The notes: a model not told the origin generated them from the letters alone. A DNA stretch of 64,000 nt from Porphyridium purpureum (GCA_008690995.1 VRMN01000006.1:124001-188000); one strand, 5' to 3'. Positions 40,381 through 51,204 are shown, numbered from the stretch's first letter. Numbers and translations are program-made.

Positions 40381-41403
40381 ATGCTTGCGTACGTACCGAT
40401 CGGAGGGCTGAGGCCGCGTCGCTCGGCACGCGACGCGGCTCGTGTTACTGCGCGACGTGAAGGGCGACAGTGCGGCTTTTGTGAGCGTGCGAGAGTGAGC
40501 TGGGTCCGTCCAGTTCGTGCGGCCAACGAGTCGACTCGAACGCAAGATGCGGCAAGAAGCAAACTCGGACCATGTGTGATTGTGCCCGGTCTTGGAAATT
40601 GTACAGCAGATTACGTTGCCCTGAAGCAGATATTGGAAGATCAGTACAGCATTCCGACCGAGGTCGTGCGCGTGTCGCGACTCGATTGGGTGAGAAACGC
40701 AAAAGGCTTCCTGTTGCCTTCGTACTGGAAGGGCGAGCTCGAGCCTGCTGAGGTGCTCGGCTGGTTCTTCGAGAGGCTGGACGCGCAAGTGCTTGCGCTG
40801 GAAGCACAGCACGGACCGGATGTCAAGCTGACGCTGATCGGGCATTCTGCGGGCGGGTGGCTGAGCCGTGTGTATTTGGGCGAAGTCTACGCAAGGCCGT
40901 CGGATCTGAGAGTACATGACAGATTTCAAGGACTTGTCACGCTCGGTACGCCGCATCTCCCGCCTCCTAGTGGCTTTTTGGATCAAACGCGAGGTCTGCT
41001 TTCGTATGCAACGCTCAAATTCCCTGGCGCACACCACCAGACGGACGGGATCAAATACCTGTGCGTGGGCTCAAGTGCAGTTCAGGGTGACACCAGTTTC
41101 AAATGGGACCTGTCTGCATTTATCGAGACGTTCATCGCCTACTGGTCCTATCTCCCGCTTTGTGGGAATGGTGCCGCCAGTGGCGACGGCATCGTGCCAG
41201 TGGATATTTCGTTTCTGGACGGCGCTAAGAATATCGACTTGGAAAGTGTCCGCCATAGTCCATTGACTGATAAGTCCAATTGGTATGGGACTCAGCAAGC
41301 TGTTGAGTACTGGATGAAGGAATTCATGGCGCTTCTTCAGAGCGAAGATCTGGTTGAAACCCCTCCTGTCCTAAGCCGGGCAGACGAGCAATCTCTGCTT
41401 TGA
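40381..41403 (+). CDS. Alpha/beta hydrolase (PGAP1-like/lipase family), predicted plastid-targeted
   Basis: 'VIVPGLGN...DY', 'LIGHSAGGWLSRVY', 'LVTLGTPH', 'GDGIVP', 'HSP...WYG'. MLAYV transit-like N-terminus. Confidence 0.85.
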   Translation: MLAYVPIGGLRPRRSARDAARVTARREGRQCGFCERARVSWVRPVRAANESTRTQDAARSKLGPCVIVPGLGNCTADYVALKQILEDQYSIPTEVVRVSRLDWVRNAKGFLLPSYWKGELEPAEVLGWFFERLDAQVLALEAQHGPDVKLTLIGHSAGGWLSRVYLGEVYARPSDLRVHDRFQGLVTLGTPHLPPPSGFLDQTRGLLSYATLKFPGAHHQTDGIKYLCVGSSAVQGDTSFKWDLSAFIETFIAYWSYLPLCGNGAASGDGIVPVDISFLDGAKNIDLESVRHSPLTDKSNWYGTQQAVEYWMKEFMALLQSEDLVETPPVLSRADEQSLL

Positions 41404-41487
41404 CTGGATAAAGAAACAGTTTGTTGTTTATGCTACGATCAATGGAAATCATCTACTTTGAAATTCTGTGCGCGCCTATCCTTTGCA

Positions 41488-42831
41488 TCACGCTTTCGGA
41501 GCCTGCAAGTTCTCCAAACCGTCCACTACTTTGGCGCTCTCAATGTAGTCGCCCTCCTTCAGATCTCGCAGGAAGTCATTGCCCTCCACCGTGTAGCCAA
41601 AAACAGCGTACGTCCCGTCCAGCAGGTTGCGCCCCGCGGGAGTCAGATCGGGCTCAAAGAGGAACCAAAAGAACTGACTGCTCCCGCTGTCATTGCTGAA
41701 CTCCTCGCGTGCCTGTGCAAGAGTGCCGTAGCTCGTAAAAGGCAGCACGGTGGCCTGTGCGCCACGCCCAAGCTCCTCCAACGTGTCGCCATAAATCGGC
41801 ATTCTTTCCTTCTTCGGAAAGATTTCGAGTGGAATGGTGCGGAGTTCCTTGGTGGCTGGGTCGACAAATCCTTCGTCGCTCCCCTCTGGTTTCCCAGTCT
41901 GAATCACGAACCCGTCGGATCGGATGATTTTCTTGCCATTGTAGAATCCTCGCTGCACAAGGTCCACAAAGTTCCCGCCCGTGATTGGCGCCGAGAAGCC
42001 ATCAATGACCATGGTCATTTTGCCTTCGTCAAACAATTCACCCCCAATATCGAACTGCCTCTTCTCGGGCCTCCTCACCGTCACCTCGACAGTTGCACGG
42101 CCCTTCAGCACAGGCAAGTTCTTGTACTCGCTGGGAATCTCGTACGGAAACTTGTCGACGAGCATGAGCTCCAGATCGCCGATCTTGCGCAGCAAAGAAC
42201 GCTGAATCGTCACAACGGCGTCTGTGTTCTTCTGGGCAAGCGGCTCACGCACACTGGGGAGCGTGCTTAGGATATCCTTGATAATTGCTGCCGCTTGGGC
42301 CTGCTTTGCTTCACTGCTGTACTTCGCCACGATTTCCTTCTGCTTGCGCTCCAAAATGCCCTCGAACTTGCGGAGACTATCATCGGCCTTGCCAAACTGC
42401 AACCGCCGCATCTCGTACGCCACCTCCTCCAGCGCCTTCTGAGCCTCCCGTAGCGGCTTGTTCTCAATCGGCAGCGCCCATCGCAACAACGATTCGGCAT
42501 CCTTGTTCACAAACGAGCTCGCATTTGCAAACGTGGCGCCACCACCAGCGCCGCTGCCTCCCGCCGCGTGCGCGGGCAGCACCGGGGCGCCCAAAGTCAC
42601 ATCCTCCCCGGGCTGACAAATCAGCGCTCCCGCCAACAGTGCACCTGCCAACTGTGCCATCAACTTGGCTGATCGAGACTGGGAGCCTGGTCGCACAGTC
42701 TCCCGCTCTGACGTTTCCGCGCCCATCCGCACCATGGCGAACACGCACGATGTCCGGTTGCAAACCACCTGCCGATCGCGCGTGCGCAGCCGCCGCGCAC
42801 TGGGTGGTGCGGGCACGTATAAAAGCGTCAT
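41488..42831 (-). CDS. CYP38: Thylakoid lumen cyclophilin CYP38/TLP40
   Basis: Bipartite presequence ending AHA, 'KDAESLLRWALPIENK', 'LPVLKGRATV', 'DGFSAPITGGNFVDLV..GFY', 'SGSSQFF', 'LDGTYAVFGY'. Confidence 0.9.
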   Translation of the reverse strand: MTLLYVPAPPSARRLRTRDRQVVCNRTSCVFAMVRMGAETSERETVRPGSQSRSAKLMAQLAGALLAGALICQPGEDVTLGAPVLPAHAAGGSGAGGGATFANASSFVNKDAESLLRWALPIENKPLREAQKALEEVAYEMRRLQFGKADDSLRKFEGILERKQKEIVAKYSSEAKQAQAAAIIKDILSTLPSVREPLAQKNTDAVVTIQRSLLRKIGDLELMLVDKFPYEIPSEYKNLPVLKGRATVEVTVRRPEKRQFDIGGELFDEGKMTMVIDGFSAPITGGNFVDLVQRGFYNGKKIIRSDGFVIQTGKPEGSDEGFVDPATKELRTIPLEIFPKKERMPIYGDTLEELGRGAQATVLPFTSYGTLAQAREEFSNDSGSSQFFWFLFEPDLTPAGRNLLDGTYAVFGYTVEGNDFLRDLKEGDYIESAKVVDGLENLQAPKA

Positions 42832-43045
42832 TGCGTCCCGTCAACGTCTCTCCGACTCTGCTTCTCGCGGCAGCCTTGTCGTTGCTGCCTCCAGCGCTGT
42901 GCGATGCGTATCGCACGCACTTCTTATTCAAACATGTCAATTTAGTAGTGTGGTTCAAATCTCCGCGCGAGATTTTGGGAATCGGCTTGCATGAGACACA
43001 ACTCGGGCTGGCCATGTGGTTGCCGGTTCTGAGAGAGTGGTAGCT

Positions 43046-44365
43046 TCACGTCTTCTTGAGGTCGATCATGACTTGAGTGACGCCATGTTTCTCCTCAGAG
43101 CAGCTTGCGGTCACGCTTAGATCGAGCTCTGACCCTTTCGAGTCTGGAGCAGGGTACCACATAAGCCTAAACTCGTCCAACCGCTTTTGTAGAATATCAA
43201 ACAAGCTGAACTGCGCGTATCCTACCGTGCTGCACGTTTGGCTCACAAAGCTGTCACGCCGCGAGATCTCGATGCGTAAGTTGGTGCGCAGGCTGCCAAG
43301 CGTCAGCTCGGCTTTGCTTATTGATGATGAGATCGCCGCACCACCGTCTTTCGGGAAGTACGCCGAGCGATACACCGGAATGTACGCCTCACGCGCCTCG
43401 CGAGTTATGGTGTAGAACATCCACGTAGTCCAAGATATGTCCTTCGGAGGACGTACGCTAAACACCAGGTGTCCGGGCCAGTCGCTCTCACGAGGGATCC
43501 CAGTCGCATGTACGATCACTTGTCCCCTCTTGGTCCCAAGCCGTTTCTGCTTGAAGCTGTCTTCAGCAGCAGAGCCGATGAGCTGCATTTTCTGGATATG
43601 TCCGGACGATAACAAAAGAGAGCACAAGGAGAATTGCGCCGTCCCGATGAAATCATGCTGGTCGAGATCCTCGGACTTGGAATCGCGGTCATAAACTTCA
43701 AGTAAGTAATCTGTCTCCTTGATTGTGGTTCGGTTCACGTTCCGAAGTAGCAGTTTGGATACAAATCTCGCATGTACTTGCTCATCGTACACTGTTTCTG
43801 TTCGGAATACTTCTTCCCACGCGGATTCACCTTTCGACGCCGTGCCGACTTTCACCACAATGAAGGGATCAGATTTGCTGACCAGATCCATTTTGGGCAG
43901 GTTTGCAGTCTCGAATGCGAGCTCAAGCGTCCATCGGAGCCGATCGATACGATCAAGGAGCAAGTTTCCGTCGCGAAACGTTGGAGCCTGCAGGAACTTC
44001 TGCCGCTGACCGTCTTGCGCCTTTGAATCCGCCGCGGTCGGCGACGATCGCGAGGACGTTGTGGAAGCTTCACGACTGTGCTGCGACGGTGAGTGTGTTG
44101 ACTCTGGTAGCGCGACACCCAATTGCGGGTCTGACACGGTGCGTAGCTCACTTGAAATCTCATTCAACAAAGACTCCACTCTCAACCTGCCTGATGCCTC
44201 GCCGATGTGCGAGCTTGAATTCCGCAGCGAGCCAAGCTTGGGAGCCGAAGCACCAGTTTGCGACTTGGGCGACGCGAGCGTCTGCGGCAGACTTCCGGAG
44301 AACGAGCTTCGGTGCCATTCGGGCTCCGCCGGTTCCCCCGGCTTTGGAACCTTGGAGCGCCGCAT
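43046..44365 (-). CDS. C2-domain protein (copine-type C2 domains, no vWA)
   Basis: 'LPKMDLVSKSDPF', 'EVFRTE', 'EVYDRDSKSEDLDQHDFIG', and a second degenerate C2 'PVYRS'. Ser-rich N-terminus. Confidence 0.75.
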   Translation of the reverse strand: MRRSKVPKPGEPAEPEWHRSSFSGSLPQTLASPKSQTGASAPKLGSLRNSSSHIGEASGRLRVESLLNEISSELRTVSDPQLGVALPESTHSPSQHSREASTTSSRSSPTAADSKAQDGQRQKFLQAPTFRDGNLLLDRIDRLRWTLELAFETANLPKMDLVSKSDPFIVVKVGTASKGESAWEEVFRTETVYDEQVHARFVSKLLLRNVNRTTIKETDYLLEVYDRDSKSEDLDQHDFIGTAQFSLCSLLLSSGHIQKMQLIGSAAEDSFKQKRLGTKRGQVIVHATGIPRESDWPGHLVFSVRPPKDISWTTWMFYTITREAREAYIPVYRSAYFPKDGGAAISSSISKAELTLGSLRTNLRIEISRRDSFVSQTCSTVGYAQFSLFDILQKRLDEFRLMWYPAPDSKGSELDLSVTASCSEEKHGVTQVMIDLKKT

Positions 44366-44501
44366 GCCGCACTCGCCACGCGTTGCCCACTTACGTTGTC
44401 ACACTTTAAGTTGAACCCAAGCTCGCTTCGAAACTCTAACGGAATGCGGAGCCGATAAACCGTTTCGAATTTATTGGAGTCGTTCCACGGAGCAGTTTCC
44501 A

Positions 44502-45929
44502 TCAAATGTCATTGCTCTCGAGCCTCTCGTCGATCCACTCTGCAATAATGCGCACCGTTTCCTCGACCTCGCTGAGCACGCACTGCCGTGCAGGCTCGCG
44601 CACACCCAAGAGCGCCTCGGGAAGTGCGTTCTCCAGGAATGGAATTCGATTTTTCAGGAATGGGTCTTGCAAAGCCGGCGACGCGTGTCCACCCTTCAGC
44701 ACCCGCAAGAGCACTTGGCGCGTGCTTCCAGTTATGGATGAAGCAGCCGAGTCTGTAGGGTCACTGAGAAACGAAACGAGCTTGTCTGTGGCGTCAATTG
44801 GGTCGGACCCGTATTTCACGGCGAGGACGTGCTCTGCGCTGAAGCGTGCGCGAATCGCGAGCTCAACGTCAGACGGCGAGGGATAAAAGTCTTGATTGCC
44901 ACCCGCTAGATCATCAAAAATCGGCTCGATCTGCTCGAAAATCCGCCGGGCGTCGCGCAGCGTCGGTAAGAACTGAGATTTGAAGAAAGTCGGCAAAACA
45001 TCCGACTCGACGACACGCTGTGCGAACTGCTCTGCCTGTGCAGGTACGCGCAAAAGGCTCTGTATTGACTGTCGTAGCTGTGGGATCGCATCTTGCGATG
45101 CGTAAGCCTGACTTATCAACGGACCAAGCGCCTCTTTGAACAAGGGGATCGCGTCCGACAATTGGTTATTGTTGAAAGAAATGAGCACGACTGCTGAACG
45201 CTGACACGAAGGGAAAAGCGACAGTCCGAGCGCGTGGAAAAGTGCCCCCGCGCTATGGCCAACACTAACCACAGGCAGCGCACCATAATCAAGCGCGAGG
45301 CCCGTCGCCACGGCATCGAATTTCGTCAGAATATCATCAGTGATCAGCATGTGATTCAAGCCGATATCGTACGCGGTCGCGACAATCAGAAATCCCTCTG
45401 CTGCGAGTGATTCGAGAAAGTACTGGTACGTAAGATGCGGAATACGCCCGACAAACGCACCACCTACGAAATGAATCACGGCTTTCGGGCGCGTGCCGCT
45501 TGGCGGAAGCAGGATGTAATTCCCACTGTCAAAAACCCAGTTTCCGCGCAAGTTGATCGAGTCGATTGCATCAAAAATCTCACGCACGGTCGCATTCAGT
45601 CTTCTGGAAGCATCTCCCTGCTCCGTCTGCTCGCTAGAGGCCTGTGCTTGAGTACCAGCGGCAGAATCAGATGGATCTGCCTCCGAAGCCGCGGTCGTAG
45701 TCATGCGCATAAATCTAGAACTCAAACTTTGACGCCGCGGCACGATCGAAGTGTGCACGCCACCGGTTCCCGGGACACACGCCAGCACTTGCTGCTTCCA
45801 CCATTCACAGCGCCATTGCGCCACACCTTGTCGCGAATCATTGTGCCGAAATCGCCTTGCGTGCACGCCAGAACCCCAGGTGCTTTGACGAACTCCACAC
45901 GGCGCGCAAGATACGTACGCCATTCGCAT
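44502..45929 (-). CDS. DUF1350-family alpha/beta hydrolase-like protein, predicted plastid-targeted
   Basis: 'PKAVIHFVGGAFVG..PHLTY..FLE.LA..G', 'VGHSAGA', 'LISFNN', 'FYPSP', 'GGHASP'. MAYV transit-like N-terminus. Confidence 0.85.
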   Translation of the reverse strand: MRMAYVSCAPCGVRQSTWGSGVHARRFRHNDSRQGVAQWRCEWWKQQVLACVPGTGGVHTSIVPRRQSLSSRFMRMTTTAASEADPSDSAAGTQAQASSEQTEQGDASRRLNATVREIFDAIDSINLRGNWVFDSGNYILLPPSGTRPKAVIHFVGGAFVGRIPHLTYQYFLESLAAEGFLIVATAYDIGLNHMLITDDILTKFDAVATGLALDYGALPVVSVGHSAGALFHALGLSLFPSCQRSAVVLISFNNNQLSDAIPLFKEALGPLISQAYASQDAIPQLRQSIQSLLRVPAQAEQFAQRVVESDVLPTFFKSQFLPTLRDARRIFEQIEPIFDDLAGGNQDFYPSPSDVELAIRARFSAEHVLAVKYGSDPIDATDKLVSFLSDPTDSAASSITGSTRQVLLRVLKGGHASPALQDPFLKNRIPFLENALPEALLGVREPARQCVLSEVEETVRIIAEWIDERLESNDI

Positions 45930-46506
45930 GGTTCCCTTCATCGGCGGCAACAGTTTGTGGCGGCCACTTCAAGTGCAGCTCCTCAATGTGCACGCCAACT
46001 CGCGTGCGACACGAACGAAACAAACTTGGCGCTCTGCCTGAGCGGCGTAGACCAGCAGCGCTCAACGATCGCGCTGTGCAGAGACTACACGAATTCGGAT
46101 GTCTACGATGAATGCAATGAATGCGATGCAGGCGATGGATGCCGCCTGTGCCTTCCCCTTCCTATGTCCTGCTTTGTTGGTCGCACAAGCTCAACCTTGT
46201 CGCTGGAACGACGAGCTGTACCTTTGAGAAATGGGTGTACACTGTTTTCCACGCCAATAAATTTAGTAGGGTACAGCTGGCATGACGGTTCAAGTTGTGG
46301 GTAGTGTACAGTGGACTGGACTTTGGGGGGGTGAAGGGGCGACTGAGCATTGGAGAAAGCGGGACACGGGCACGAGGGGAAAGAGAAACGAGCGGATGAG
46401 CGAGTCAAGGTGTTTGGGTGGATTGGACGGGTGTCGGCGTGTGATGGAATCGAAGGGCGTGGGCGATGGCGCGGCTTCACGGAGAGGGAACGAGGTGCGG
46501 ATCGAC

Positions 46507-47832
46507 ATGTCGCCTTCGGTCACGCAGCGGCGGCCGAATACCGGCGGTCCGGGCGGCGCGATCGAGACCACGTCGCTGGACTCGCTGTCGCTCGCGCCGT
46601 CCTTGAGCAAGAAGGCGGAGATGCCGGCTGATGTTGAGCTTGGGGAGAAGCAGCAAGCGCCGAAGAATCTGTCGCACACGCAGCAGCAACAACAACAACA
46701 GCAGCAGCAGCAGCAGCAACAACAGCAAATACAACAACAGTCGCAGAAAGAAGGCACAAAGAGTTTGGGCGACGCGCAGCTCCCGCAGGCACCGAGCGCA
46801 AAGAAAATGACGATTGCCATGGTGATTCTCTTCTTCTCCTTCAGCTCGCTGTTCAGCATTTTTGTGAACAAGGCTGTGCTGACTGCGTTCAATTTCGGCT
46901 ATCCGAGCAGCGTCATGTTTATTCAAATGCTCGTCGCCAACTTGTTCCTTGAAATTTTGAAGCGCACGCGCAGATTAAGCGTGCCCAAGCTGGAACGAAA
47001 GCATTATGTGAACGTCGCTGCGGCATCGTGCTTTTGGATCTCAAACGTCGTAGTGGGGCTTTACGCGCTCAAGCTGGTCAACATCCCCATGTTCTCGACG
47101 CTGCGCCGGCTGTCGGTTCTCTTTGTGATGGGTGTCGAAATGTACGGCGGCAAACGCTACTCGTCGCGCATTGTTCTCTCAGTGTTTGTCACGGTGATAG
47201 GCTCCGTCCTGTCGGCTGCTTCCGATTTAACTTTCGATCCGCTGGGATATGTGCTGGTGTTTGTCAACAATGCAATCACGGCCTTTTACTTTGATTCGCT
47301 CAAGGTCACCATCGGCTCTCTGCAGCTCAACTCCCTGCAGCTTTACTATTACATGTCGCTGGTCGGCCTGCCAATCATGTTCGTCATTGCGTCGGTCTCC
47401 GACATGGCCCCGGCGATCGCGGCAGTCACGTCCAGACCCGACCTTCAAACGCCAGCATTTCTCTTTGCGCTCTCACTCTCTGCGGTGGCAAGCTTCTTGG
47501 TGAACTACAGCACAAACCTCAACGTCGAATACACGAGCCCGCTCAGTACGGCCGTGTCGAGCGTGCTTAAGAACAGCTTACAGACCGTAATCGGTATGTT
47601 TAGCTGGGGGTACGTCATCAACGCGAAGAATGTTGCCGGCCTCGTTGTTGCCCTCTTTGGATCTTCCTTGTTCACCTACTTCAAAACGCGGGAAAAGATG
47701 GAGCAGTCCTCGTCTTCCAGTGTTGCGCCACCGCGAGCCGCGGCGAGCAGTGTTCCGGGCGCGAAGTCCAGCACAGGATCCGAAAAAGATAAGGCAACGA
47801 CCGAGGACATGAACGAAGACCACACACAATAA
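46507..47832 (+). CDS. Nucleotide-sugar transporter (SLC35D/GONST-like, DMT/TPT superfamily) with polyQ N-terminus
   Basis: About 10 TM segments, 'FVNKAVL..FNF', 'VNIPMFSTLRR', 'DLTFDPLGY', 'TSPLSTAV..VLKN'. Start uncertain (46282-46507). Confidence 0.85.
   Translation: MSPSVTQRRPNTGGPGGAIETTSLDSLSLAPSLSKKAEMPADVELGEKQQAPKNLSHTQQQQQQQQQQQQQQQQIQQQSQKEGTKSLGDAQLPQAPSAKKMTIAMVILFFSFSSLFSIFVNKAVLTAFNFGYPSSVMFIQMLVANLFLEILKRTRRLSVPKLERKHYVNVAAASCFWISNVVVGLYALKLVNIPMFSTLRRLSVLFVMGVEMYGGKRYSSRIVLSVFVTVIGSVLSAASDLTFDPLGYVLVFVNNAITAFYFDSLKVTIGSLQLNSLQLYYYMSLVGLPIMFVIASVSDMAPAIAAVTSRPDLQTPAFLFALSLSAVASFLVNYSTNLNVEYTSPLSTAVSSVLKNSLQTVIGMFSWGYVINAKNVAGLVVALFGSSLFTYFKTREKMEQSSSSSVAPPRAAASSVPGAKSSTGSEKDKATTEDMNEDHTQ
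46681..46740 (+). repeat. CAG/CAA trinucleotide polyQ tract
   Basis: Encodes QQQQQQQQQQQQQQQQIQQQ. Confidence 0.95.
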
Positions 47833-48097
47833 GATATCGCGTCTGTGCAGGCACCTACGCACGCGCTCATGCGCGATCATTGTACAGGCCACGTTCGACT
47901 CTTTTGCCATACAACTAACTGATTTGCACTAAATAGGATCTCCCAGCAGCGCGACGACCATTGAAATGGCGACGGGCATGACGAAAGACCCATTCCATGA
48001 AAGCAAAAGCAGGTCCAAACCCCCAAAAGCTCTTTATGGTGACAGACGACGATCCTCTTTTTTCCCTCCATCAGCTTACTCCGACAAATCCGGAAGA

Positions 48098-49309
48098 TCA
48101 GCGCAAACGATAGCGCATGCAGGAGCTCACCTGCATGTGCTCGCCTTCCATCGAGTAGTCGATTGCGATGTCGAGGTCGCGCGGGTTCTTCTTGTTCGGC
48201 CGACATGCAAGAGACCCGCGTAACTTATCACCTTGCGCCATGGCAAGCGACTCATCGAGGTAGAAGACGGTCTGCTTCCAGTGCGTGCCTCTCGCGAAGG
48301 GCCCTGTTTCAAAGCCAACCGGTCGAAGGCAATGGGTAAACTGAACATCAAAGTACGCCACAATGGCGTGCACGTAATCGTTACGAAAGACTTCCAGCTC
48401 AAATGGTACGGAAAATGCTGCTTGGTGCTTTTGCATCTCATACAGATTCACAGAAAGAACTGCTTGCGGGTTGCTGCACACCTGTGCCGATGGCACAAAG
48501 TCCACGAGAGGTTCCAACAAGGCCACGTCCTTGATGCAACCCATGCGAAAACCGTAGACGTTATCCCAAAAATCGATCTTTTCCGAGCGGTACTGAGCAT
48601 CCTCGATTGCGCAAAGATACAAGTTGCAAACGTCTGGGAAGATGAGCCCACCGGGCGCCAGCCACTGGTCCCGCGCAAACAGAAGCGAATCCATCATCGA
48701 CTCGTAAAAGAGAAAATACCCCATCCACTCGGAAATGATGATGTCCACTTTCGAGGGAAGCTGGACTTCCTCCATCTTGCCTTGAAACAACGTGATGCTG
48801 CTGTCCATATTGTTCTCTTTGAAGATTTTGCGCGCATAGTCTGCGATACTTGACATTTCCACCGCGTAGACTTCCTTTGCGCCCGCGCGCACCGCAAACA
48901 TGCTCAAGATTCCTGTGCCACAGCCCACATCCAGCACGACCTTATTCTTGAACAAGTGCGCGTTGGACACAATGGCCTCCATGTACGTGCGCGTGCGCAC
49001 CTCATCCTTGAGCATTTCCTCGTGAATGCCAAAGTGCGCGTAGGACTCAAAGTAGTAATCAGAGCTGGTCATCTCCTCATGCTTCGCGGCCGCCTGCGCC
49101 GGCGGCCTACTCGCGTCCTGAACATGCCCGTTCGACTTGGTGTCTGCCGCGCCTTCCTCTGCGCCGCGCTCAGTCCCGGCGTCCGCGACGGGAAGCAGCT
49201 CGTCTACCGACTTACATGGCGCATCCACCAGTGCTCGCACCATCGGATGCCCTTCTACAAAGGCCTCAAGCTCATCCACAATGCAGCTCTCACCTTTCCT
49301 TCTCTCCAT
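48098..49309 (-). CDS. PRMT1: Protein arginine N-methyltransferase 1
   Basis: 'DYYFESYAHFGIHEEMLKDEVRT', 'VLDVGCGTGILS', 'IISEWMGY', 'THWKQTVF'. Confidence 0.95.
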   Translation of the reverse strand: MERRKGESCIVDELEAFVEGHPMVRALVDAPCKSVDELLPVADAGTERGAEEGAADTKSNGHVQDASRPPAQAAAKHEEMTSSDYYFESYAHFGIHEEMLKDEVRTRTYMEAIVSNAHLFKNKVVLDVGCGTGILSMFAVRAGAKEVYAVEMSSIADYARKIFKENNMDSSITLFQGKMEEVQLPSKVDIIISEWMGYFLFYESMMDSLLFARDQWLAPGGLIFPDVCNLYLCAIEDAQYRSEKIDFWDNVYGFRMGCIKDVALLEPLVDFVPSAQVCSNPQAVLSVNLYEMQKHQAAFSVPFELEVFRNDYVHAIVAYFDVQFTHCLRPVGFETGPFARGTHWKQTVFYLDESLAMAQGDKLRGSLACRPNKKNPRDLDIAIDYSMEGEHMQVSSCMRYRLR

Positions 49310-49520
49310 CGCCTCCGACACACTCCGCACGGCGCCGTGTCCGTCTGGTGGCCCGCGACGGCACTGCGTCCGCGGGAGGTACAGTCAGAACGCCTTTTTT
49401 AATCTTTCGTTAAAAACATGCAAGACTAACACAAAATATGAGAAACGCGAGCGCTTCTGAAGGGGCAGACCCTATTTGGTGCGCGCTGGTGCGGCTGCAG
49501 TCGCGACTGGACGGCGTTAC

Positions 49521-49910
49521 TTAGAGGTTGTTGACGGCCCACACGGCAAAGACCAGCACGCCAACGAGCCCGACCAAGGACAGAATCACAATGGGCGCGT
49601 TGCTGGTCGTCCCGGCTTCCTGCACCTTGTCGCCGGCCTTCTTGGCGAAGCGCCGCTTGGGCGCGCGGCACTGCGGGCACCGCCAGTCGTCGGGCAGGCT
49701 TTCGAATGCCACGTTCTGGCCGCGCTTGTACTCGTATCCGCAGTCCACGCACAGCCACTCGCCCTTCCAGATCTCCTCCTTGCCCGCCGCCATGCGCACA
49801 GTCGTCCTGCCCGCCGCCACCGCGCGGCGCGCCCCGGCAGATCGGTCCACCGCGGGCGCACATTGGCCGCCCACGCGCACTGCTGCGCTTGCGCCGCTCA
49901 CAAACGCCAT
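49521..49910 (-). CDS. Plastid rubredoxin-like protein with C-terminal membrane anchor
   Basis: MAFVSG transit peptide, 'WLCVDCGYEY...FESLPDDWRCPQCRAPKRRF', C-terminal TM. Confidence 0.88.
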   Translation of the reverse strand: MAFVSGASAAVRVGGQCAPAVDRSAGARRAVAAGRTTVRMAAGKEEIWKGEWLCVDCGYEYKRGQNVAFESLPDDWRCPQCRAPKRRFAKKAGDKVQEAGTTSNAPIVILSLVGLVGVLVFAVWAVNNL

Positions 49911-50186
49911 CCCCGCTATGGATTTCGCTTCTCTCCTACTCCGTCCACGCCGCTCCTTCCTTTCGTGAACCCACACAATCGCTCCTGCCTTCCGCCAGAT
50001 CACGCTTCCACGCACTCGCAGATATCAGACTGCGCCTATGGAAATGACGTCATTTTACTAGAAGGATGGAAATTGCCCCGCCCGCTATCCCAGCCGCCCA
50101 CCCGCGCTGCGCACTGGCACGGACGCCAGCTCCGCACGGGCGGTCAAATCCAGTCAGCGAAGCGCACCTTCGAGATAATATCCGGG

Positions 50187-50981
50187 TCAGGTAGCAGGTC
50201 CCCGCGCCGGTGGGTCGGGCTTGTCCTTTGGCTCGTCCGGTTTCTTGTCCTGCACATCATTTGCGCTGTTGGATGCCGACGTCGACGACCCTCCGTCAGC
50301 CTGCTTCGTGCCGGATTCGGAAGTGCTAGAGTCGTCTTCCGCACCCTCGTTCTCCTCTTCTTCCTGGTTACGAGGATCTGTCGGGTCGTTGAGGTCCCAA
50401 AACTGAGTCTTGTCAGCGTCACACACCGGGCACTTGTAGTTGTCCCCGAAAAACTTGAACTCTCGTCCTCTGGCCACCCACAACTCGTACCCGCAGCCGC
50501 CGCACTTGTACACGTGCAGCTCCTTTTCCTCGTCCTCGGTCAGGGCCACCGCCTTGGGTCGCTCGCTCTCCGTCTCCTTCTCCTTGGTACCTCCGCCGAT
50601 TGACTTGAACAGCTTGACCGCGAAAAGTGCAACAATCACGGCAAACATGTAGGGAATGATGCCCATGCGTTCCAAATCAATGTTAATCGACACTTTCCCC
50701 TTCTCTTCGCTCGATGCCGCACTCGCCATGGCGACGAGCTCCGTGCGATGTCGATGCTGCTCCGCGACACGTGCGTGCTGCCGCGACTTGGCGGGCAATC
50801 TCACAACCACTTTCCTGACCTCCTGCGTGCCCGAGCCTGCGGCGGCGTCATGCTGATCCGCCTGCATCTCCACGCGCGGCGCCGATCGCCGCGCGGCACA
50901 CGCCATCCGCCGATCGAGCCCCACGCGCTGGCCGCGAATGGTGCCGGCGCTGCCTACCAGCACAAAGCAGCACACCGCCAT
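50187..50981 (-). CDS. Second rubredoxin-domain protein (TM before the CxxC..CxxC domain, acidic tail), predicted plastid-targeted
   Basis: 'IIPYMFAVIVALFAVKLF' TM, 'YKCGGCGYELW...FGDNYKCPVCDADKTQF'. Start placed at MAVCCFV (50981). Confidence 0.8.
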   Translation of the reverse strand: MAVCCFVLVGSAGTIRGQRVGLDRRMACAARRSAPRVEMQADQHDAAAGSGTQEVRKVVVRLPAKSRQHARVAEQHRHRTELVAMASAASSEEKGKVSINIDLERMGIIPYMFAVIVALFAVKLFKSIGGGTKEKETESERPKAVALTEDEEKELHVYKCGGCGYELWVARGREFKFFGDNYKCPVCDADKTQFWDLNDPTDPRNQEEEENEGAEDDSSTSESGTKQADGGSSTSASNSANDVQDKKPDEPKDKPDPPARGPAT

Positions 50982-51204
50982 CGCACGTACGCCGCAGCCG
51001 CGCGCGCTTCTACCTGCTCTCCACCAATCTTCCGCAACACGTCCCACCCACGCTCAACGCCTCGTGCGAACGCCTCCCTGCAGCCGCGCTTGATGCTTCT
51101 CGTCCCTCGCACGCTCGCCACACTGTACACTACGCCGGGGAAAAAGAAAGGAACCGCCCACAAGCGCCAGTTCTCGCCCTGCCGAGTTTTTTTTTCTCCT
51201 TCCT

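Noticed and set aside
49476..50603. 375-aa plus-strand ORF across both rubredoxin genes
   Set aside because: Antisense to two well-supported genes; composition typical of shadow ORFs.
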